Positions 49,237-62,600 of a DNA stretch of 64,000 nt are shown here, piece by piece; within the stretch, counting starts at the first letter, position 1, and every line of letters starts with the position of its first letter. The notes beneath the pieces were generated by a model that searched no databases, was not told the DNA's origin, and was given only the letters and a program-made list of their open reading frames with translations. The DNA lies in NCBI GenBank assembly GCA_002269645.1, contig NIVC01000414.1, positions 560,595 to 624,594 of the forward strand. Reading direction: 5' to 3'. This stretch comes from Macrostomum lignano. Its lineage: Eukaryota. The position numbers were made by a program, and so were the translations under genes.

Positions 49237-50056
49237 TGTCACGTTATTGGCGTAGTGACTGCAACCCTCAAAAGGGCCGTTTTGACGAGAATTACTGACG
49301 TGATTAGTTACAGGTTCCCAAAAGGATGGTGAACTCAACAATGGCGGAGTAGATTTTGTAGCGGTAGCACTTGGCAAATCAGCGGCAAGATAAGTAAGAG
49401 CCGCAACTTGTTTATTGTAATTGTCAATATAAGTTACTACAGAGGCTATAGCACGCAGGGGCACTGGCGGCTGCAACAATGGGTTTGAATTGAATAGGTT
49501 GAGCAGGATGATGAGCAGATTGATGAAGGTGACGCAAATAGTAGAACGATGGCGATGAGTATGCAGTGATGGCAGCGAGTAGCAAGTAGACAAGTGATGG
49601 CGTGATTGGGCGCTAGCCCGTGGCAGTACAAGGTGGAGCACGAATGCGTAAACAAGTCTGGCCCAGACAGAGTGGGGCCGTGGCGAGAGATAAGGAGGCC
49701 CGCACAAACGGGAGGCAGCCAGGAGAGAGAACGAGAAAACAAGGAGTGAGGAGGCCCCCAGCCCGCCGCTAGGCGGGGTTAATAAAGGAGCGCAGCAGGG
49801 TTAGCATAATATATGCGGAGAGTTTTCATTGGCGGGCGGGGGAAAAGCGAGAACTGAAATTATTGATCGCGCGAGACCCTACAGACGTACGCAAAGCTTA
49901 CAAAGTACGCAATGATTAGCAATTGATACAGATTCGTTGTGCGCAACTACAAGTAAACGTGAGAATACACGATTGAAGAATATTAAATGAGAAATTGTAG
50001 TGAAATTGTAGTCCAACGGCCCTTTTTCGGGACCATTTTAAACTGACAAAGTCACA
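49237..50056 (-). mobile_element. Solo LTR, 820 bp
   Basis: Minus strand TGTGACTTTGTCAGTTT...AACGTGACA; 5-bp TSD CTTTT; AATAAA on the minus strand; homologous to 58232-58912. Confidence 0.8.
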
Positions 50057-50618
50057 CTTTTTCAAAAAATAAAAGAATCGATGCTTTATTTCAATGACAT
50101 TTTGAAGTTAACCACGTGGTGGCACTGTTCGACGACGATGAATCATGCCCGATGTTTTCCTCGAGTTTTCTCTTCAACTTTGGCCTTGTACAAGTTGAAG
50201 AGGTTTTTCTTTTAGTGCAGTTCCAGTCTACTTCTGTTTAATGCACTCGAATTTCTAGTTAAAAACTGCTAGTCAGGGTCTGCCTTCCCGCACCAGAATT
50301 GAACTGAAGTTTTCAGTTCTTTGGCTCTTGCTGTCTACTATACAACAGATCCAATCGTAGGTACGCTATTAAATATTTCCGCCTCCAACCAATAAGAAAC
50401 CCGGGACCTGCCAATTGGCTGTCCGGTTGTAGAAAATGCAAATAAAACTGGCTCCACGATAAACGCAAATGCAACCAAAAGAAAATAAAACTGGCTCCAC
50501 GATAAACCTAGACCCGCGCGACGTCTGTTATAGTGTTTGCAGGTCGGAAACTTGATTCACAGTATATCTGTGAGCTTGCTAACTGTGTTGCCCAAGGAAC
50601 AGCCAAGCACCCACAGCC

Positions 50619-53600
50619 ATGGGAGATTCCGCGGCCATGGCCTGCTTAATTTTGCCTCTCGGCTTCCTGCTCTCAGCGCAGTTGGGAGTCGAGGCCCAGT
50701 TGCTGAACATAAATGACCCATTCTTTTCGGAGGTCTCCGTGGTGACGGTGAGGCGTCACCAAGCCCAAGCCGCTAGGATGGTGCTGAGATGCAACGTGTC
50801 ACCGCCGGGGCGATTCAAGGGCTGGGTGAAAGACAGCTTTGTTATAGGAAACGATCCCTCTTTGATTCTGAGCGGAAGCGATCCCAACAAATACGGAACG
50901 TATCTCTGCATTGCTGACCCGGCAATATCTCCAAACCTTTACCGAGCTATGAAGTTTGTCATCACTGAGAGTGAGTATCTTTGCACCTTGAAGCCCTCCT
51001 CACTAGTTAGCTCGTACAAACGCTCGTTCGTTATAGCTCGTACTCGTAAAAACGTACACACAGTCCTTTCAATCATATCGAATTGTATATAATTATTGAG
51101 AAAGCCTTGTTAAGTATACATTCTCCTCCTTTTCCCAGTGTGGCTTTTTCCATAGACATATTTGGAAAAAGGAGGAGAAAATATTTAACCTACTGAAAGC
51201 AAAATACGCATCAATATCCAGTACAGTTAGTCTATGGCACAAGCTATGTGACTGACTGGCTAAAGTGTTATAAATCGTCTACCTAGATGGAGCACTGAGT
51301 AGTCCATCAATTTGCATATATAATAGAACCATGGAAGACGACTTCGATCTAGTGCTACGATATTTTGAAAGTAAAGAATCCGCTGCAACGAACCCTGCTG
51401 CTGGTAGTGATCGATTCGCTACGCTCTCGACTGACGAAATACAAGGGAAGCTGGACGCTGCTATCCCACCAAATACGCGAAGGAAGGAACTATGGGCTGT
51501 AAGAATTTTTGACCAGTGGTTTGAGCAGCGACACAATCGAATTCTACATGGTGATACAACTGGCCTTCTCGTGTTGAAGGAGCGTCATGAATGGAACGCT
51601 TGCGATTGGAACTATCTATTAAAGATGTTCATTCTCGAGGTGCGAAAAGTCGATGGCACTAAATACAATGCTACGACCCTTAGGGACATATTTTCCATGA
51701 TGCAACACTATCTGCAGTACACGCTCAAGAAAGAACTGAATCTCTGGAAGGACGCTGCGTGCAGGGATGCAAGAATGGCATTGGATGCTGCCATGAAAGA
51801 AGCTACTAGAGAGGGCCTAGTTCCGGGGACAAATGCGTCTAGCCCAATTCCCGCAACTCTGGAGGAGGAGTTGTGGCAGAAAGGACGTCTTGCAACAACG
51901 TCGCCGAAATTACTGCTGTTTACGCTTGTGTTCTACCTTGGCAAGCAGTTCGCTTTGCGTGAAGGCACGGAGCTGCATGGTCTGAGATATAGCTGTGAGA
52001 TCCAGTTGCAGCATGAAGACGGTCAAGAACTTCTAGTTTACTGTGAGAACAGAGCCACGAAGACCAAAAACGCTGGCATAAAGCGACGTTTTGTTCCATT
52101 GAAAACCGTTAAAGCATCTCATACTGCTGATCATGATAGATGTCTACCCTGCATCTACAAGCTGTATGTGGACAAAAGACCGGAAAACTGTACGGTTCAG
52201 AATTTGTTCCTGGTTTGGATGCGTAGCGATGCCAGCATCCAGCAAGGCAGGTGGTACCAAAACGCACCCGTCGGCCGGCACAGCTTGGACGGTATTGTTC
52301 GTGAATTAACGGCTCCCCTAACTGGAGTGACTGAAAGGTACACTAATCAGTCTCTACGCAAGACTTGCGCAAGTACTCTACACCGTGCTGGCTTTGCTAG
52401 AGAGGACATCGCTCGTGTTACAGGACACTCTTCGACAGCTATTGAGCGCTATATTCAGTTTGATGTACAAGACCATGTTAAAGTATCGCATGCTCTTCAA
52501 TCTGGTGGTCAGTCATCAAGTCTGTCTATTGACACCGAGCCTGAACGCTCTGTTGAAGCTATGGAACAAAGTAACGTAGTGACTGCTAATCCTGCAAAGA
52601 AAATGAGGCTTAACATCAATGGTAACACCAACACCGTTGAAATCGTTTTTGAGTGAGTGCTTACAAGACGCTTCTAAATCTTACTATTTGAACTTCCTGT
52701 TGTTGGTTTACATTTGTTAAATACAACTGTTTATAGCAGGACTGAGACCTATTTATCAGGCCTCGTTTGGGGACTGAGAAATGGTTCTCAGTCCTCCTAC
52801 AACCGATAAATTACCATAGAAGTTGTTGTTCCTCGGGAAAAGGATGAGACTGCGAAAGAGGCGAGAAATGCACTTTCTGTAGGTTAAATTATAATGAATC
52901 GGCGTTTATTGAGTTTTGAGAAAGATAGCAAAAGAAGGGGTTAACATTGAATTTAGCTCTGGCGTAGCTCAAACAAAACTTAGTTGTACAGGTTAGGATT
53001 CGGAGACCATAGATATATGATTAAAAGTCTGTTACAGAAAATTCTAGAAGGGAAACTTGGATTCACTTACTATAAATATAAAGTTGACTATTTTAAGATA
53101 AACGATTACTTATAACATCTTTAACAATAATCGCTGCATTGCACGCATCCAACGAAAACTGGCTCACTGTAGTCGGCACCGGAGTCGACTGTAACAAAAC
53201 CTGCGGCATTGGCGGCGTGTGCCAGAACAACGTCTGCAATTGCAAGGTTCGTGCGTTGGCCCCAGCATCTCAGATTTATACAATCCAGCTTCTGAGTATT
53301 CAGGGTGAATGGTGTCAGGTCGGGAAACAGAAGCAGGGAAACTTCTTATTCTTGCTACTAAGTAAACCGAATAGCAGACATAAAGTAATGAGCGCAGTTG
53401 AACAATAAATAGATGAATAGGTTCCTTCTTTTCTTTAAGTTCTTTCGTACAGAGGCGATGCGTATATTTAGAAGGTACATGCACTGGTTGTGACGCTGCG
53501 AAACCTTTAGCCGACCTCTACGATTCACAGTGAATCCGAAAATTTATTGCTGGAACGATAGCTTCTTTAGTTTAAGCAGATCCAAAGGAGAAAGAATTTT

Positions 53601-56600
53601 TCAAAAATTAGAAAAGAACAAACTGTAAGCTGTAAAACTGTTTTAAACAAATTTCAGGCCAACGTAGAAGGCCCCAACTGTGACAGGTGCAAGCGGGGTT
53701 ACCACAGTCTAAGGAAGGACCACCCTGATGGCTGCGTGCCCTGCTTTTGCTCAGATCGTTCCAACGCCTGCAATAATGCAGGCCTGTTCTTTGAGGAGGT
53801 AACCAATAATTGGATTAGCTCATATTTGCTGCGATGAGGCTCGAGTAAAATTCGAATAAAATTCGAATAAAATTCGAATAAAATTCTGTCACTGACCGCA
53901 GAAACAAGTTACACCCATTGATGCTTCATCCGTCCGCCTCATGGGCTGGGGTCTATTCGGTGTGTACGAGGAATCCACATCGAACGAGAAGCTGACGGTG
54001 GAGAGCGGGCCGGAGTTTTCCGTCGCTCCGACCGGTGACAGCTCGGGGGCACTGCGAGACGACGATGACTCATACGTTTTTCTCACTAGCCTGTCAGGAA
54101 AGCGTGTAAGTTTTGAGGCGACTGATAGCTTTCTGTTCGATTGAACGTACTTTCGCTTTCGTGGTGCATACACTGTATGTTGCTACTCAGGGAATCCCAT
54201 GACGATATAACTGATCTCTCTGTATTGTCCGCGGTGTCTACATTTACCTGTCAAGCATAGTGCTCCTGGTTGCGATATTTTTTGTTATTATGTCGTTTCT
54301 ATCAAACATGTCAAGTTATCTGTGGACTGTGGCAACCAGGCAATAGGCAACCGAAAAACTAATCGTGATCGCAAACATTCTACACGTAGCTGGCAGCCTA
54401 CGGCGGAAAGGTCAGTTTCACCGTCCGCGCCAACGTACGAATGGACCTGGGCCTTCGAGCGGACACTGCATTCCCGATTTTCGGAATAAAGGTAATCAAT
54501 TGACTGTTTTCGCGTAGGAAGTTGAGAAATTTAAATTTTTATTTTCGAATAATTTCGGTTTGACGTCAGGGCTGGCGAGGTCAAACTTTGGTATACTGGG
54601 ACCGAACTACCAGGCGCGCACCGGAGACCCGCTACTCGGTGACTCTGGACGAGCAGAACCTGCGAGCGATTGACGGATCCCCAGTGACCCGACAGGATGT
54701 GATGACCGCCCTGACTGACCTGCGAGGAGTCTTCTTCCGAGTGTACCAATTCCAGGGACAGCAGAATGTGCGTCTGTTTGACATCAAGTATCAGGAGGCT
54801 ACAGCGACTTCGGGCTCAGATCCCGCTCCTGTAGAGCGGTGTACACTCTGTCCGGATCCGTACCAGGGTGCCTTCTGCGAGGTAAGAACATGCTATTAAT
54901 AGCTCGTAGTACAAGGATGCGTCCCATGGCCGCATGTTTGCATGAACAGCTGCTGTGTTCCATCCTCGGCTTGCTACTCTGACAGTATGCGTGGGAGTGC
55001 AATGTATTTCAGCACCCGCGCCGATTAGGGCTGAAGAAAACAAGATGACTGAGCAGCTTTTGCATTAAAAAACATGTAATGCACTGTTCCTGTCAAAGGG
55101 GAGAGGGTTGGCTGTCTAGCCAAAGCCTATTGTGACGCTTTAAAAGAGCTGATTCAAAACGATGAATATGGATGAAAACAATTCAAGACTCGCAAAGCCT
55201 TGACTCGGTGAATAATGCAAGATATGAAAGGTAAAAAATGAACCGGCTGGGCAGACTGGGGTGCCTGGATCATTCTGGAACTGGCTTCCTATCAGCTGAT
55301 AAGGGAATCAAACAATACAGCTCGAAACTAACTGAGACCAGTAAATACTCGAGAAAATTTCGACCCAAGCGAAATTCGGCTTTCTCGGGTCAAGTCAGCA
55401 TTTGTTTTGCTTGCTGTCTAAGATACATGTAAAAGCTGCTTGACTAATCAACGAAAAAGCATTTCCTTCAGGTTTTGAAACATTTTCACCTCAGATATGA
55501 AGGCTGTGCAACAGCCGACTTTGCCCTCCTAACTCTCTTACCCTCCCTACTTCATTTAAGCATTTCGTCCATACGATTTCTTCTATTCCCACCGCCATCC
55601 TGAATCCCTGCTATGCCCAGTTTAGCGATCTTCCCAAGGATTTCTTCCCGACGATTTCCATGCAACTTGATGCGCCGTGCAGCTGCCGTTCGCTACACGT
55701 AGAAGGGTTCTCCCTCCACACAGGTAGGAGGAATTCAAGTTAAATGCAAAAAAATTGTTCATAATCGGTTTTTTGCTCATGGATAGAATTTGTACTCCTG
55801 ATTCTAAAATGACCTCCCATGAAATCCTAACTGATTGGGTTCGCGAGATATGCTCATAATTAAGTTTTTACCATAGATATGAGGCAGTCCAACAAGCAAA
55901 ACTCGCCATTCAAGTATAAGTTGAATGTATTTTGTCCAAAACAGTTCTCACCACTGTGTATTCAATTTGTATTGAGTGCATGTATGTTTAATCATCCTTT
56001 TTGTAGGGTAAAACAAAACAAAAAACTCAAGGCAACTTTGTTAAGTGTGCGATGTTACAACTGATGCTATGCTGTACATTCTTAGCGTAAAGAATTGGCC
56101 TCTTCTATATAAATAAGTTTGATTCTCTAAATTAGAAAATATAACAAGTATTGTACAGTCTTCTAAGTCTATTTACCGCTACGATCATGAAATATGCAAT
56201 AAAATCACTTGACGTATAATCGATAAAAATATGTACTTTCAACCCGCCACCATTAAACGGCAAAAGGCAAAATTTCGCTTGTGATCACACTCACACGATT
56301 TGCACATTATTTTTTATCGATCCCTTTATACCTAAATCATGAGCAGTTGCTCAATTTATGGTGATGTAAATGAGTATTTAGAGCATTTTAGAATATTTTG
56401 TTTCAATTGATCAACTGTCCAAACAAATTTCTTGTTTTTACTCATCATCAACTACAATGCCAAAGAAAAGAAACCACGAAGAAAATCTCCAGGCACTGTG
56501 TGCCATGTGTCTTCGAAGAGCGCATCGCCCTTTGACGGAGCATCAGATTGAACTAATTCAATCTACATTGTACGAAGGCTTCAAGGTAGAACGACAATAT

Positions 56601-59600
56601 CTTCCATCTGGCATATGTGACGGCTGCAGAAGGAAGCTTTCGTCTTTGTCCTGCCCAGATTCGCGACCTATTCCAGTCCTACTGGCGTATGACCAGATAG
56701 TTACCGACCTTCAGTCTCTGCCGCCTTCAACTCGTGGCAACCCTGACTGCAACTGTGAGCTGTGTAGCTTGGCCAGCTCACATAGGAGCAGCAGTGCAGT
56801 GCCAGACACCAAATACTTGGCTACAGGTCCACCAGCAGGCCGAGGTCGTCCTGCTGTGGCAGAGGCTACTGCGATTCAAAAACTCTGCTCGCATTGCATG
56901 TCACGGATCGGACCCGACCTGGAGCATCGCTGCAATAAAACAACCAAATTAAAGAATTTGCGAGACAAAACATCTCCTCTTACCAAGCACCAGCTGGCTA
57001 GCTCAGTCATCAAGGAGTGTAATGAGGCTGCAGCAGGTGGTATTGTACTAAGTCAAACTGCTGGTAAACCTCTTCGAGTCAAGGTAGCCTCTAGCTCAGC
57101 CACTGAACCTATAACAAGTGTTTCTAGGAAAGGACATATAAGCCACGAAACAATTTCGGCTTTGAAAGTCGGCCTTAGTTTAAGCAGCAAGCAGACTCTA
57201 AAGCTGGCCAGCATTCTTAGGTTAGGTGCAGGCCGGCATGTGATCGAGCCTAACCTTCGTGAAGAGCTGCAGAAGAGAGGCTGCTGCCTAACAAGCTTCT
57301 TCACGTTAGTTCAGCTGCCATTCATACGTTCATCTGGACAGATTCAGGAGGTTTCGGGACCAAGGCCAGCCGTGATCTGCTCCGATATTCAAGGTTTGCT
57401 AAATTGTATTTGCACCGAGCGTGGCATCGAGAACAGCTTTGTCAAGATTGGAATTGATGGTGGAGGAGGCTCTCTGAAAGTTGTGCTGACTGTGACCAAT
57501 GAGTCAGAGCCTGCAGCATCGCCAGTAAAGAAGTTAGCCTGCAGCCGTCAGTTTCTCAACTCTGGTGTTAAAAAATTAATGATCATCGATCCACCGAACA
57601 AGTTTCCTAAAACAGCACGTAGATTGTCTGGTAGCGCCTATTGGGGTTTTATTACGCCACCGTAAGAATCGTAGAACGCAGCGCAGATAAACAGCGCAGT
57701 TAGCTTTTGCGTTGAATAATTTTTGCTTGCTATTTTATAAAATTGCGCATCGTCTGCCCTAGAAACGTCATTAAATTAATTTGGATACCTATATTGAGAC
57801 TTTTGTAGCCAGGTTTGCTTCGAAAAGCCATCAACGAGGCCTCCAATTTAATTATTTATGTTTATAAAATTTGAAATACTCTGTAGCAAAAGTCGGAATT
57901 TTTATGACTGATTGATGCATGACAATCACAGTTTCGGGTGTTCATGGCAGCTTAAAACCATAATCTTAGCTTTCCCACGAAGGCTATGGGTGCATCTGTA
58001 GCAGTGCAGCTCTGTGAGGTAACAGCTTTGTAATATCTTTTCAAAGAATCAGACGCCTATGCTATTTAACAGGACCGTGCAAAATTGCTTTATGCTTTAC
58101 ACTGAGTGACCAAAGTTCTTATCTCTTTCTCAAATTATCTTGGCCTGTCTTTCAGGCAGTTTGTCAGGCCGTCAATAAATATTTAACAAATGCGAATCGC
58201 GCCCCAGATAATTATCGAGGTCGTTGGTGTCTGTGACGTTGTCAGTTTACGTAGCCCCACCAAGGGCCGTTTTGACATACGGTACCAATCTTTAATATTA
58301 CTGGTTTCGTATTCTCACGTCTGCCTAAAGTAGTGCCCTAAGAATTTTAATCAGCTGCGTACAATTGTAAACCCGGCGTACAGCGCGTGATCGATAATTT
58401 CGGTTTCTGTTTTTCTTAGTCGGCCAATAGAAAAGCCGCGCATTATTTATACTAATTTCTCTCGCGCGCCATCCCCAGCCCGCTCCTTATCAGTTCTGTC
58501 TGGCCGTAGGCCCCGTTCAGACCCCTGTTTAGAGCCTTTGCACTCTGGCACCCTGTTTTGACTCCTTTGCTCCGCCGCCACCCTGGCGAGCCCGTGTAGA
58601 CTTGCAGACTCTTGCCGCCTTTACTTGTTTACTTGCCTTCTCTCTCCGCCTCGTTCCGCCACGGTTCTAGCCACGCCTCTGCCACTCTCGGCCACGCCAC
58701 TTCTACTACCTAAGCTATCTAACTTGTTGTTGTGTAGCCGCCAGTGCATTGTTACGAATCCAACTTGTATTTCTGTTGACAATAAACCAAGTCCACAGCC
58801 GGTCGCATTAACGTTAACTAATATTATTGCCTAGTGCTACCGTTACAATTTGCCTCTGCCGCATTCAATTGCCTTCGCTTATTCTCGAGGCCGCCACACT
58901 AGTAACGTCACAGTGTCCGTTGGTAGCCAGGTTTGTCAAATTAAGACTGCGACCTCTAGATGCGAGGGGACACGACAGCGTGGCCAAGTGGGGTGATAAA
59001 AATGAGTAGAAAAGACACTTGACACTTTTAACTGAAACAATTGCACGAACATACGGTAATATAATGCGCAAAGTGGCTATAGTTAAAAGATAAAGCTAGA
59101 TATCTCTGCTTAGTATAGTAACTAGAAATCTGCGCCCCCCGTTGGAGAGGCAAGAAAGTCACAGTCTCTACTTTAGGCAGCAAAAAGAACGAAAACTAAC
59201 AACGCCAATATAATAGATATGTACATTTAATATCATTTGAAAAGACTTTCTGTAATATTCCATTTTTTGCGAAATTTGCGAAATGCACAATTACTAACAG
59301 CGTTTAATTAAATCTTATTGCAGGATTGCAAGACCGCGGGAGACTACCATAAGATAATCGACTACAACTCCACCGTGAACCGATGGAAGTGCGTGCCGTG
59401 CAAGGAAGGCTACCAAAACTCACCAGCTTGTGACAAGTAAAACGCCTTGCTGAATTAGCTCCGTATCTAGCTTACCAGAGGTATTTCTTTGCCAAACGAC
59501 TGTATTTGAGAAAAAAACTTTATTTTTAAGGTGCGAGGAAGGCTATGCCGACAAGATTCTGGGTCGACCCAGCAGTGAAAAGCCGGATTGTGAAGAGTGT

Positions 59601-62600
59601 AAGTTCTCAATGGTTATTGCGCATGACAGTTCAGTGCAGTGGAACCAAATCAGCTGTTTATTCCATCCAGCTCAAAAATGGGTCGAACAGTATGGCTTTT
59701 TGAACATCAATATCACTGAACAAATGTGGCTTAAAAATATGCAGAACATAGTAAGCCTAAGTGAATTTGCTGATTTCAAAAATGTCTCTGAGACTCACTG
59801 AGATTTGATACTCTGCATAGTCAAAAAATAAAAGTAGAAAAAATTTCCAACAAAAGTTTTTCACTAAAGTTTCCAACAATTAATTGAGTCAGAGAAACAA
59901 CTTCGTCAACTTACTTTTAAAGTAGCAACGAAAATCTTTAGAGATAATCATCATGCTAACATTCCTCAGACGTGGTTCCGATCGTGGAGCCGGAAACGCT
60001 GAACATACCCTCCGGGCGCACCGTTGTTCTCAACTGCAAGATCCGGCGTCAGAAGCCCGGCTACAACGGCACCGCATGGCTGCTGGAGTGGCAGGACTCC
60101 GATGGAGGCCGCATCACTGACACACCACGAGTCTTCCAGGTGCGAGACGAGAATTCAGCTCGGCTAGTAATTAAAGACGCTACTCCGGCGGACACTGGCC
60201 GATACAGGTGCGAAGGCTACAACAGGCGGTCTGGATCGGCTGTGGCCTTCTCTAACCTGACTGTGGAGAGCAGCTCGGTAAAGCGGGTCGTGCTGCGCAG
60301 CAATCCGATCGATCCGGACACCACCGCCATTCAGTGTTCGGTGGTAGCTAAGGAGGTTTGTACAAGCTATTTGCTATTCTGAGATTAGGAGAGCACATTC
60401 TCATTCAAGCCAATCAGTAGATAATAGCGCCATTTCGATTCTTACCTTTTACCACCTAAATCTCCCGTCATTTTTTCACTCCCGTCATTTTTTGCTGCTC
60501 ATCTAGCCGTCTCGACCGGCTCAGTTCAGAGCGACGCTGACACGTTTGCCGTTTCCCGTTGGTCGCCTGTCAGAGCGCTTTGAGAGCGTCAAACTGCAAG
60601 TGAACGGGGCCAACTTCACTGGTACTGTGGATTATAGAATGAAAAATGACAGCGACACTGGATTCTGGAACTGCCACGTTAGCGACATGATCAACAATTA
60701 CACTGTTAGTAGGCAGACACCAGTCGTTCTGAAACCGCGTAAGCTAATTTTTGGTATTGTAAAGTTGTTTATTTGTCTTTATGTTTATCACTGGTGAAAT
60801 ACTCGTATTCTTCGAAATTGCAGAACAAGCCTTCATCTGGGACCTCAACACGCCGGTCAAAAAAGTCGAGCAGCCAGTTGGTAGCGCGGTGCGGCTAAAG
60901 TGCAATAAAATTGTACGCAGCCCCAATGCAGTCACCATCCCGATTGTATGGACCTTCAAACCGGCCAAAAGGGAAGCGACGTCTTTGTTCGCAAGTCCCC
61001 TTGGAGCTCCCGATCAGCCGAACTACAGCATAATGGACGAGTCTTTAGCGGACTCTCTTCCACCAGGCGTGTCTCGCGACGGTGACGATCTGGTGCTGAA
61101 CCCTCTCAGCGTAGAGCATTGGGGCACATTCAGCTGCCAGCGCAAACCTGACTCAACCAGGTCGTCTGGCCGGAGTGTGGGCTCTGACTCCTGCGAGTCT
61201 AAGAAGGCGGACGTCGAAGTTGTGCCTCAAATGGTTGGTACGAGGAACATCAATCTGAACGAGGGTGAAAGCGTTACTCTGAACTGCTTGCCGGAAACGA
61301 ACAACTTGGACGAAGACGGACTTCCATGCCAGCGCTATTCATGGTGTACAAGCCCCAGAAGAGTGCCCGGCAACTATTGGGGCGCCGTATTGCGCCGAAG
61401 ATGATCCAGCTCTTTTCGGAGACCAGACCAACACTGAACATTACAAAGGCAGAGCACACAAACTCAGGCATGTACTATTGCCGCTGTCACACATTCTATC
61501 GGCCGGGTCGCGAAGTGCAGTCGTCCAAGGTGATGGAGTACAATGTTTTTATTTCAGCTGTCGAAGGTTCGTGTTTGATCAAGGTGTACAACCTAAAATT
61601 ATTATTACGAGCGTACACAATAATTATCTACTTAAAACCTACTCCTAAATTTTAGAAAAACCACCAAATCCGAAATACGAAGTATCAGAGCGAACTTTCG
61701 TGAATGGAAAGCGACAGTGGTTTTACTGCTACGACGTGGATGCCATACCCACAGCTAGGGTTTGGTGGGAAGTTTGGGACAAGAATGCGACGACAATACC
61801 TGGCATAACTGTATGTAGATCTGATTACCAATTTAGAAAGTTTATTTTACGCTAACTAGTGATCGACTTAATCGTTCTAGCTTGTCGACGAAGGTGTAAT
61901 CGGAAATCGTAGCTACTCAAACATCACCTTTGTAATGGACAAGCACGAGCATCAGCTGCCATTCACGTGCAATGCAAAGAATGATGTGGGGCACAAAACC
62001 AAAATTATCAACATGCGCTACGAATCTACGGATTGTAAGCACTTGTCGATATTTAAATTGTCACTTGTTTTTATTGACTTTTTTGATACACGATCACCAA
62101 ATAAGCGCAATATAGTACACGCACTAAGCGCAAATAAAACTGAATTATTAAATTTAGACAAAGAAAACAAGATGATCCCACCACTAGAAAAACATCCGCC
62201 AGCTTTCACCCAACTAAGAGCTAATAAATCTTTGGTTTTTTCATGCCTAGTTTGCTAACTCTTGTATGAATACTTTCCTGTCACTCCAAATCTCTCATAG
62301 ATGACCACTGAGGTTGAAGATTATTGTCCAGAACACCTACAACATGATGTACAAAGTTCAAAATGACAGCCACGATGTAACTGACATCGTGTACTCTCCG
62401 ATGGGCCAATTTGGCATGGCCGATGACGGCTACAAAGATCCAGGCGTGTACATCTTCTGCCACATGACTGGAAACCCGTACGGTACTGAGCTCGAGCTGG
62501 TGCACAACAATCCAATGTCATCATCGGATGTGCCCGACTTGATCAAGCAGTGCAATAAAATGCAAGTCATGGCTAACATTGTGTTCTGCCCGTTGGGAAA

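Noticed and set aside
53845-53886. 11-bp TAAAATTCGAA repeated ~3.5 times in a short intron
   Set aside because: Simple slippage duplication with no evidence of function
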